Virus record (IMG/VR): IMGVR_UViG_3300045988_111174
Location: 1 to 53,815 of that record
Strand: one strand, 5' to 3'
Origin: a virus
DNA length: 53,815 nucleotides
A model generated the notes under the pieces. It did not search any database and was not told where the DNA came from. It worked only from the letters and a program-made list of their open reading frames with translations. This document shows, piece by piece, positions 16,681-22,293 of this stretch. Every line of letters starts with the position of its first letter. Positions within the stretch are counted from its first letter, which is position 1. The translations under genes and the position numbers were made by a program.

Positions 16681-16788
16681 TCAGACCCGGTCGAACCAGA
16701 TATGCGTCTTGCGGCGGACCGGCGTTCCCGGGCGGGTTACCCAGATCAAAAACGCCGTTCCGAACGCGATTCCAAACCACTGTGCCAT
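16681..16788 (-). CDS. Small membrane peptide (35 aa)
   Basis: Translation is MAQWFGIAFGTAFLIWVTRPGTPVRRKTHIWFDRV, with GGGAGG 7 nt upstream. Confidence 0.4.
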   Translation of the reverse strand: MAQWFGIAFGTAFLIWVTRPGTPVRRKTHIWFDRV

Positions 16789-16823
16789 GTATGTGCCTCC
16801 CTTGCATTTGCCACGGGATTGTG

Positions 16824-17024
16824 TTATGATTCTGGCGTGCTGAACAGCTCTCTCACGTCGCTCACGTTCAGCGCGTCGGCGATGCGGATTGCCGTCCGCA
16901 CGCTGGGGTCGTTCTGGCCGTACTCGTAGCGCTGGTACATCTGGCACGAGATTCCGACCAGTTCCGCGAGCTGGGCTTGTGTCTTGCCGGACTTCTCTCG
17001 CTCGGCTCGCAATTTCAGGTTCAT
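16824..17024 (-). CDS. Cro-like XRE-family HTH regulator
   Basis: LRAEREKSGKTQAQLAELVGISCQMYQRYEYGQNDPSVRTAIRIADAL. It is the first gene of the early leftward operon. Confidence 0.85.
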   Translation of the reverse strand: MNLKLRAEREKSGKTQAQLAELVGISCQMYQRYEYGQNDPSVRTAIRIADALNVSDVRELFSTPES

Positions 17025-17060
17025 CGTTCGCTCCTTTCTCCGCTGGATACGCCAAACATC

Positions 17061-17101
17061 TTAGGCGTTTTTATTATAACTCCTAAAATGTTAGGTGTCA
17101 A
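17061..17101. promoter_or_regulatory. Overlapping divergent promoters with TTAGG-type operator repeats
   Basis: The minus strand has TTGACA (17101..17096), a 17-nt spacer and TATAAT (17078..17073). The plus strand has TTAGGC (17061), a 17-nt spacer and TAAAAT (17084..17089). TTAGG occurs at 17061 and 17091, and the inverted CCTAA at 17082. Confidence 0.65.
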
Positions 17102-17134
17102 CCCATTGCGGGACATTTTCTTGGAGGTGGTATC

Positions 17135-17353
17135 GTGGAGGTCAATGACGCTCTCAAGCGCTTCAGAGCTGAATTCGGTCTGACCCAAACTCAGGCGGCG
17201 AAATTCGCCGGCGTATCCGTCGCCATGTACCAGTTTTACGAGTACGGCCGCCATGAGCCGAAGGTGTCGGCTCTTGTCGCTCTGGCGAAGCATTGCGGTG
17301 TGTCGCTGGATTATCTTACCGGGCTTACCGACAATCCGGCGAGAAATCCATGA
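17135..17353 (+). CDS. XRE-family HTH protein (paralogue A1)
   Basis: GTG start with GGAGGTGG upstream. The sequence FGLTQTQAAKFAGVSVAMYQFYEYGRHEPKVSALVALAKHCGVSLDYLTGLTDNP contains the HTH. Confidence 0.8.
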   Translation: MEVNDALKRFRAEFGLTQTQAAKFAGVSVAMYQFYEYGRHEPKVSALVALAKHCGVSLDYLTGLTDNPARNP

Positions 17354-17583
17354 TGGGGACGCGCATGCAGCTCTCGGATGCACTCAGGCGTTTTCGTCAG
17401 GACTTCGGCCTCACGCAGAAGCAGGTGGCATCTGCCGCCGGGGTTACTGAGCAGGTTTACCAGAAGTACGAGTACGGCACGGTCGTTCCCCGTGTGTCGA
17501 TTCTCATCCGGCTTTCCGAGACCTTTAACGTGTCTCTGGACTACCTCGCCGGGCTTAGCACCGACCCGGCGAGGCGGCCGTGA
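17350..17583 (+). CDS. XRE-family HTH protein (paralogue A2)
   Basis: The ATG at 17350 overlaps the A1 stop (ATGA). The sequence FGLTQKQVASAAGVTEQVYQKYEYGTVVPRVSILIRLSETFNVSLDYLAGLSTDP contains the HTH. Confidence 0.8.
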   Translation: MMGTRMQLSDALRRFRQDFGLTQKQVASAAGVTEQVYQKYEYGTVVPRVSILIRLSETFNVSLDYLAGLSTDPARRP

Positions 17584-17593
17584 CGGTGGGCGC

Positions 17594-17923
17594 TCAGCGC
17601 GCCCACATGTCTCTGAGTTCCGCCACCCGGCTGGTCTCCTCGGCGGGCTGGCAGGTCATGAAAGCGGCCATGAGGACGGCAGAGTAGGTCTTGTGTTTCC
17701 ACTCGCAGATCAGCGTCTCAAGGTCTTCGGCGATCTCGTCATGCTCTTCGATGGGCTGGTCGTCCAAAGTCTCAACCAGCGTCCACAGAGCGTCGGTATA
17801 GCCGAGCGCGAGGTTGCCGTGGGCTTTTGCCCTGTCGTAACTCTCCGCGCTCTCGATGTTCTTCAGCGTCTCGGAAATCGTCTCGCTGTAGTTCGCGATA
17901 AACTTAATCAGGCTCAGCTTCAT
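17594..17923 (-). CDS. Small acidic hypothetical protein (109 aa)
   Basis: Start at the internal ATG at 17923 with GAGGAGG upstream. The protein is rich in D/E (LVETLDDQPIEEHDEIAEDLETLICEW). Confidence 0.6.
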   Translation of the reverse strand: MKLSLIKFIANYSETISETLKNIESAESYDRAKAHGNLALGYTDALWTLVETLDDQPIEEHDEIAEDLETLICEWKHKTYSAVLMAAFMTCQPAEETSRVAELRDMWAR

Positions 17924-17949
17924 GGTTTTCGTCCTCCTCGTTGTCGTTG

Positions 17950-18123
17950 TCAGATGCGCTTGCCCTCGTAGGTGTCGATGCCGCAGGCGAAGCAGTACTC
18001 GTCGGCCTCGCGGCGGGAGCGGAAGGTGCCGATCAGCTCGAAGCGGCAGCCCGGCCATACGCTCTGGGCCTTTTCCCGCTCGGTGTAGATGATCTTGGAG
18101 TCGCTGATGTAATATTTACGCAT
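17950..18123 (-). CDS. Small hypothetical protein (57 aa)
   Basis: Translation is MRKYYISDSKIIYTEREKAQSVWPGCRFELIGTFRSRREADEYCFACGIDTYEGKRI, with GAGGAGG 7 nt upstream. The ORF is below the ORF-track cutoff. Confidence 0.5.
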   Translation of the reverse strand: MRKYYISDSKIIYTEREKAQSVWPGCRFELIGTFRSRREADEYCFACGIDTYEGKRI

Positions 18124-18205
18124 TGTGGTTTCCTCCTCGTCTCGGTCGCGATTGACAGTCGCCTGTCGGTGTGGTAGAGTGGTCTCAAGGCTCCGGGGTT
18201 GTTCC

Positions 18206-18255
18206 CTCTCTCAACCTTGTGAGTTAATTATACCAAACCAAACTTGGTTTGTCAA
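18206..18255 (-). promoter_or_regulatory. Consensus sigma-A-type promoter with a palindromic operator in the spacer and a conserved initial transcribed motif
   Basis: On the minus strand, TTGACA (18255..18250) is followed by the 17-nt spacer aaccaagtttggtttgg, which contains the palindrome AAACCAA-GT-TTGGTTT. TATAAT (18232..18227) follows, then TCACAAGGTTGAGAGAG (18222..18206). Confidence 0.7.
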
Positions 18256-18301
18256 TACTTTTTTGGTTTGAATTTATATTTTTTTTCAGGAGGAATGCAA
18301 T

Positions 18302-18532
18302 ATGCCGAAAATCCCAGTTGACAAATTCGCGGGCCGCTTGAAAGAGCTTCGCCTTGCCGCCGGGTTGACCCAGAAGGAGGCCGCCACCGCTCTTGGGATG
18401 CCTGAGCCCCTCTGGCAGAAATACGAGTGGGGACTCAGCGTGCCGTCCCTTGGCAAGTGCATACAGATCGCCGACCTGTTCGACGTCTCGCTCGACTACC
18501 TCGCCGGGAGAAGCGATGACCGCTCTTGTTAA
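18302..18532 (+). CDS. XRE-family HTH protein (paralogue B1)
   Basis: AGGAGG lies upstream. The sequence LRLAAGLTQKEAATALGMPEPLWQKYEWGLSVPSLGKCIQIADLFDVSLDYLAGRSDD contains the HTH. Confidence 0.8.
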   Translation: MPKIPVDKFAGRLKELRLAAGLTQKEAATALGMPEPLWQKYEWGLSVPSLGKCIQIADLFDVSLDYLAGRSDDRSC

Positions 18533-18562
18533 GATTTTTTTAAGCAGCTTGGAGGTATCACT

Positions 18563-18787
18563 ATGGCGAAACAGATCGTCGCTGACAGGATTAAGCAGCT
18601 CAGGCTTTCTGCCGGGCTTACGCAAAAGGCTGCGGCCGAATTGCTTCCGACAAGCGAGCGGCAGTGGCAACAATACGAGTACGGCACACGCACTCCGGCC
18701 TATGAAAAGCTGATCGCACTCGCGAATCTTTTCCAGTGCTCGACAGATTTTCTCTGCGGCCTGACGGATGATCCGACTCGCAAGTGA
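18563..18787 (+). CDS. XRE-family HTH protein (paralogue B2)
   Basis: GGAGG lies upstream. The sequence LRLSAGLTQKAAAELLPTSERQWQQYEYGTRTPAYEKLIALANLFQCSTDFLCGLTDDP contains the HTH. Confidence 0.8.
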   Translation: MAKQIVADRIKQLRLSAGLTQKAAAELLPTSERQWQQYEYGTRTPAYEKLIALANLFQCSTDFLCGLTDDPTRK

Positions 18788-18823
18788 TCGTATTCCGTCT
18801 CCGTTTTTCCGTTTTTTTCTGCC

Positions 18824-18866
18824 AGCCAGCCGCCTGCAAACTCCGTTGCGACGGCTGGCTTTTTTC
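18824..18866 (+). terminator. Rho-independent terminator after the B1/B2 HTH pair
   Basis: The stem is AGCCAGCCG ... CGGCTGGCT (9 bp) with an inner GCAA/TTGC pair, followed by TTTTTT. Confidence 0.75.
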
Positions 18867-18940
18867 GCTCTCACTATCTAAGTTATTTAGTACTATTGCT
18901 GCTTGCTTATTATATATATTATATTTAATTTTACCGTGCC

Positions 18941-19083
18941 GTTGCATTGCAAAAGCGATGCAAACCAGCATGGGTTTTGCAATGCCATCGCAATGCAACC
19001 GCATTGCGGACACGATGCAAAGCCGATGCAAACTGTTTCAGTTTTGCAATGCAATGGCAATGCAATTGCATTGCAACTGCATG
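18941..19083. repeat. Iteron array L: clustered TGCAATGCA/TGCATTGCA and GATGCAAA motifs
   Basis: By eye there are about 10 copies of GCAATGC/GCATTGC in both orientations, for example ttgcattgcaa, tcgcaatgcaacc and tgcaatgcaatggcaatgcaattgcattgcaactgcat. There are three GATGCAAA copies. Confidence 0.85.
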
Positions 19084-19298
19084 ACGGCAAAACGCCGTGA
19101 TACCAAGGGTTTTCGGGATTTTTAAGTTTTCAAAGATCGAATTTTCGAGAATTTTTTTTCGCGCTTCGCTTCGGATTTTTTTCTGCGAAAAATTTTTTTG
19201 CCGCTCGAATCGTCGTCGAAAAATCGCATGTTAAGAAATTATGATGACGTTTTTCGCGGGACTTTTTTTGTGCCGAACGCTTTATATTCCAAAAAGTT
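19084..19298. other. A/T-tract-rich non-coding core between the two iteron arrays (candidate DNA-unwinding or bent region)
   Basis: T5-T9 and A5 tracts recur, interspersed with cg-containing spacers (gaattttttttcgcgcttcgcttcggatttttttctgcgaaaaatttttttgccgc...). GC content is much lower than in the flanks. The ORFs here are low-complexity translations. Confidence 0.6.
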
Positions 19299-19510
19299 CG
19301 ATGCAAAGCCATTTTTTTGCATAAGCCTTGCATTGCAGTTGCATTGCAACATGGATGCTGCTTTGCATTGCAACCGCATTGCAAAGGGTGATGCAAAGCC
19401 GATGCAAAATCATCTGAGTTTGCAATGCAACTGCAATGCGACTGCTATGCAATGGCAATGCAAAACGGATGCAAACCAGCAATGCAATGGCAATGCAACT
19501 GCATTGCAAA
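19299..19510. repeat. Iteron array R: clustered TGCATTGCA then TGCAATGCA motifs, partly a direct repeat of array L
   Basis: By eye there are about 14 motif copies. The left half is mostly TTGCATTGCA and the right half mostly TGCAATGCA. The 19-nt string gatgcaaagccgatgcaaa is exact at 19014..19032 and 19390..19408. The string gcaatgcaatggcaatgcaa-(t)tgcattgcaa is shared. Confidence 0.85.
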
Positions 19511-19524
19511 AATGACGCAAAAAA

Positions 19525-19818
19525 TCACGCCCGACGGAGCCTTTTCGGAGGGTTTTTTGAGCCGGAATCGAACACCCGGAAGAGGCGTTTCCCTGGCTGA
19601 ACACTGGCTCCGCCCATGGGGAAAACCTCGTTGAGCTGGTCGTGGGGGACGTAGTAGCGGTTGAGGACGGCATACATTTCGCCCAATTTCCACTCTGCGC
19701 GATTGTTCATTCTGTCACTGACGGACTGGGGACTGAGCAGGAGGAGCCGGGCGAGGTCGGCCTGCGTATCGTCGTTTTCGCGCATCAGGCCGCGGAGTTT
19801 GGCGTAGGGTCTGGACAT
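19525..19818 (-). CDS. DUF739/XRE-like phage regulatory HTH protein
   Basis: YAKLRGLMRENDDTQADLARLLLLSPQSVSDRMNNRAEWKLGEM matches the DUF739 pattern (Y.KL+G.i.E...tq..fA..l..S..s.s.K.N). Confidence 0.6.
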   Translation of the reverse strand: MSRPYAKLRGLMRENDDTQADLARLLLLSPQSVSDRMNNRAEWKLGEMYAVLNRYYVPHDQLNEVFPMGGASVQPGKRLFRVFDSGSKNPPKRLRRA

Positions 19819-19839
19819 AATGGCATCTCCTTTCGGGCC

Positions 19840-20586
19840 TTACGAGGCTCTGAGGCGGCGCAGAAGCACCATTTGCCCCTTGCCGGTGATGAGCGTCGTC
19901 GTGCGCACGAAGCTGCCTGAGATCGTCGTCACTGGGCTCTCCTTCATCTTAAAGAGGCCCTGATCGACGTATTTCTGGTACGGCTGGTTATTGCTCATAA
20001 GGTAGCCGTTTTCCCGCAGCCAGCGGAACATGCGGTTCTGGCCAATGCGGATGCCGTTGTTATAGGCGAGCTTGGCAAACTCGCCGACGAGGATCGCGTC
20101 GCTGCTTGCCGCGATGGCCTTACCAAAGCCCGTGTACGGAGCGTCCTTCTCAATCTGCTCTGTGAGGGCCTTGCGGCGGGCACGCTCGTCCTTCAGCTCG
20201 GTGGCTAGGCGAATGAGCGTGTCCGGGTTCAGGAGGGCTTCTTCGACCTTCTGGGGCGTGAGATAGCCACCGTGAGAGCGGATGGCCGGGAGAACCTCGC
20301 TCGTGACCCAGCGCTTAAACTGCTTCGCGCCGGGGAGCTTGCTGCCGAGAACGAGAGAATAGAAGCCGGACTCGTTGATAATGGTAACATCCTGCCTGCC
20401 GCCAAGGGTGTCACATTTCGTTACCCCCTTATCCTCATCGTCAACGTGGTCGATGAGCGCCTTACGCGGGTTGACGTAGCCCAGGCGCTCTGCAACGTCC
20501 TTGCCGACCAGCCAGCTTTCGCCGTCGATCTCTACGCCGCGGATTTCGCCAAATTGTTCGTTGTGGAAAACCTTCAGATCGTTCAT
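19840..20586 (-). CDS. Phage antirepressor (Bro-N domain plus KilAC/ANT C-terminal domain)
   Basis: The Bro-N part is LKVFHNEQFGEIRGVEIDGESWLVGKDVAERLGY.NPRKAL..HVDDEDK...SGFYSLVLGSKLP.AKQFKRWVTSEVLPAIR. The C-terminal part is FAKLAYNNGIRIGQNRMFRWLRENGYL. Confidence 0.85.
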   Translation of the reverse strand: MNDLKVFHNEQFGEIRGVEIDGESWLVGKDVAERLGYVNPRKALIDHVDDEDKGVTKCDTLGGRQDVTIINESGFYSLVLGSKLPGAKQFKRWVTSEVLPAIRSHGGYLTPQKVEEALLNPDTLIRLATELKDERARRKALTEQIEKDAPYTGFGKAIAASSDAILVGEFAKLAYNNGIRIGQNRMFRWLRENGYLMSNNQPYQKYVDQGLFKMKESPVTTISGSFVRTTTLITGKGQMVLLRRLRAS

Positions 20587-20606
20587 CTTCGATGACCTCC
20601 TTCTTC

Positions 20607-20852
20607 TCAGGCGCTCTTTTCGAGGCCGAACAGAACGTTCGGGGAAACGTTCAGCGTAACGGCCAGACGGACTACGTCGTCGATCTTGATAAGCCTCCGG
20701 CCCGTAAGCATGGCTGAGAAATTGACCGGGGAAATTCCGGCCTGCCGGGCGACGTGGCTCATCTTCAGGCCGCGGGCCGAGATGATGTCTCGGATCGTCT
20801 GGGGCATGGCTCCGTTGGCTTCGCTGATGTTATTCGTAGCGGGCAAGTACAT
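20607..20852 (-). CDS. Cro-like HTH regulator (start uncertain: 20882 TTG, 20852 ATG or 20807 ATG)
   Basis: TIRDIISARGLKMSHVARQAGISPVNFSAMLTGRRLIKIDDVVRLAVTLNVSPNVLF. It is divergent from the CI-like gene. Confidence 0.7.
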   Translation of the reverse strand: MYLPATNNISEANGAMPQTIRDIISARGLKMSHVARQAGISPVNFSAMLTGRRLIKIDDVVRLAVTLNVSPNVLFGLEKSA

Positions 20853-20920
20853 CCCTCCATTTTCATTTTTTGCAATGAACAAATTTATATTTCAACGGTT
20901 TTTCAGTAGTTTCCGGGGAT

Positions 20921-21018
20921 AGTGTATTGCATTAAATGCAATATGTCAATAGGTTTAGCAAAAAAATTGCACCAAATGCAATTTTTATCTTGACAAATCT
21001 TGACTTTGGAAATAAAAT
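20921..21018. promoter_or_regulatory. CI/Cro-type switch: divergent promoters with two ATTGCA-N-TGCAAT operators
   Basis: O1 is ATTGCAT-TAA-ATGCAAT at 20926..20942, a perfect 7-bp inverted repeat. O2 is ATTGCAC-CAA-ATGCAAT at 20966..20982. The plus-strand promoter is TTGACA (20990), a 17-nt spacer and TAAAAT (21013..21018). The minus-strand promoter is TTGACA (20949..20944), a 17-nt spacer and TACACT (20926..20921), with O1 in its spacer. Confidence 0.7.
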
Positions 21019-21054
21019 ATAAATAGAGAAAGGATAATAAGGAGGGCTTGAATT

Positions 21055-21414
21055 GTGTTCAACACACAGCTCAGAAAGGCCCGGGAAGCCATGGGGCTTT
21101 CGCAAGGGGACGTTTCAAATCTGACGGGGATTCCAACGTCCACAATTTGCAAATATGAGACGGGAAAATCCCAGCCGGGCATCTCAAAAATATTGCAGCT
21201 AATGAAAGTTTACAACGTCGATGCGGATTTTTTGTTCTGCGACGAAATTGCAGCTGCGGAAATTTCAGCGGTGGCCTTATCGCCGGAGGAAAAGGACGTG
21301 CTCTATAAATACAGGACGCTGGACGGGCCCGCGCGGAACATGCTCGGAAACGTTTTGGACTACGCCGCGCAGGAGGCCGTAGAAGCGCCCTCTCAGGAGG
21401 GCGGAAGCACCTGA
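21055..21414 (+). CDS. CI-like XRE-family repressor
   Basis: GTG start with AAGGAGGG upstream. The HTH region is LRKAREAMGLSQGDVSNLTGIPTSTICKYETGKSQPGISKILQLMKVYNVDADFLF. A C-terminal extension follows. The gene heads the rightward lysogeny block that ends in the integrase. Confidence 0.75.
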   Translation: MFNTQLRKAREAMGLSQGDVSNLTGIPTSTICKYETGKSQPGISKILQLMKVYNVDADFLFCDEIAAAEISAVALSPEEKDVLYKYRTLDGPARNMLGNVLDYAAQEAVEAPSQEGGST

Positions 21415-21599
21415 GAGATTTTCGCGCCGGGGCGGGCGCACAGGTTGACGTAGCGCGTGAGCGGCTCTGAGACGGTAAAGAACTCGAATACTTCCGGGCG
21501 CGTGGGATCGCTGACAAACATGACCTGGAATTTCCCATCGTGGGACAGCCGGGTACACAGTTCCCTGAGCGCCTCAACAGATCGCATCTTTCCTCGCAT
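21393..21599 (-). CDS. Small hypothetical protein (68 aa), convergent with and overlapping the CI-like gene 3' end
   Basis: ATG at 21599 with GGAGGTG 9 nt upstream. Translation begins MRGKMRSVEALRELCTRLSHDGKFQVMFVSDPTRPEVFEFFTVSEPLTRYV.... Confidence 0.4.
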   Translation of the reverse strand: MRGKMRSVEALRELCTRLSHDGKFQVMFVSDPTRPEVFEFFTVSEPLTRYVNLCARPGAKISQVLPPS

Positions 21600-21760
21600 T
21601 GCGTCGCACCTCCGTTTGCTTGTTGGCGACAGTATAGGATATGCGACTGAGAAGAGCAATAGACCGTAAGAAGAATCGGAGAAGAATTCACTTTTTGTGA
21701 GAAGAACAATTCTTCCTGAGAGAAGAATCGAATAAGAGAGGAGAAAAGAGGCGCACTGCA

Positions 21761-22234
21761 TTGGAAAATAGGGTTACGACGTACCTAAAACAGTTGAAGG
21801 AGGCGAAAGGGTACACGCAGCAGCAGATCGCGGATGAATCGGGCGTGCCAATCGGTACTATCGGGAAATACTTTTCCGCGCTGGACGACGAGTCCGCGAG
21901 CTACGAGATTCTCCGCAGGCTGGTCGTCTGTCTGGGCGGCAGTCTGGACGAGATGGCCGGAATAAAAGCGGACGGGCACAAGGCCGATGGAGGCGCGGAT
22001 CAGGCCTACAAGGCCGTGATCGCCGGTCTGGAGGCGCGGCTGGACGAAAAGGACGAGCGGATCGAGCAAAGGGGCAGAATCGCCTCGGAGGATCACCAGC
22101 GCGCCAAAGAGGCCATCGCCTACGAGCGCCGGCGCGCAAGGATAGCGATGGCCGTTTCGTACATCGTGATGGGGCTGATCGTGTTGATGTTTGTCGTCGA
22201 CTGGATGGTTCCGACGGTGGGATGGATAAGATGA
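21761..22234 (+). CDS. Membrane-anchored XRE-family HTH protein (HTH, coiled coil, C-terminal TM helix)
   Basis: TTG start. The HTH is LKEAKGYTQQQIADESGVPIGTIGKYFS. The central part is charged (LEARLDEKDERIEQRGRIASEDHQRAKEAIAYERRRAR). The C-terminal TM is IAMAVSYIVMGLIVLMFVVDWMV. Confidence 0.65.
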   Translation: MENRVTTYLKQLKEAKGYTQQQIADESGVPIGTIGKYFSALDDESASYEILRRLVVCLGGSLDEMAGIKADGHKADGGADQAYKAVIAGLEARLDEKDERIEQRGRIASEDHQRAKEAIAYERRRARIAMAVSYIVMGLIVLMFVVDWMVPTVGWIR

Positions 22235-22236
22235 GA

Positions 22237-22267
22237 TTCAAGCGGTGACGGATCGTCACCGCTTGAA
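22237..22267 (+). terminator. Terminator-like perfect hairpin
   Basis: TTCAAGCGGTGAC-ggatc-GTCACCGCTTGAA forms a 13-bp stem 3 nt after the stop. The T tract is poor. Confidence 0.45.
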
Positions 22268-22293
22268 TTCCAGAGATATGGGAGGACAAGAGC

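Noticed and set aside
16681-17055. A 124-aa minus-strand ORF covering the Cro-like gene region.
   Set aside because: It is in a different frame from the convincing 66-aa XRE HTH gene (16824..17024). Only its last 35 codons, which have their own GGGAGG RBS, are kept as a possible small membrane peptide.
18224-18874. A 216-aa minus-strand ORF spanning the B1/B2 HTH genes and the promoter region.
   Set aside because: It is antisense to two clear XRE genes that have good RBSs, and it would run through a consensus promoter and a terminator. The product is basic and low-complexity.
18941-19510. Possible CRISPR array.
   Set aside because: The repeat units are only about 8-11 nt, occur in both orientations, abut or overlap one another, and have no regular unique spacers of 25-40 nt. 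No cas genes are present.
18784-19515. ORFs of 65-137 aa on both strands across the repeat arrays (for example 18784..19125, 19198..19515, 19130..19396 and 18618..19031).
   Set aside because: Their translations (..CNAMAMQLHCNC.., ..LQCNCNATAMQWQCK..) are simply the iteron read in frame. No RBS is present, and the ORFs overlap one another in several frames.
21071-21709. A 212-aa minus-strand ORF opposite the CI-like gene.
   Set aside because: The antisense product is Arg/Pro/Ser-rich. Only its distal frame neighbour (21393..21599, in a different frame) has an RBS.
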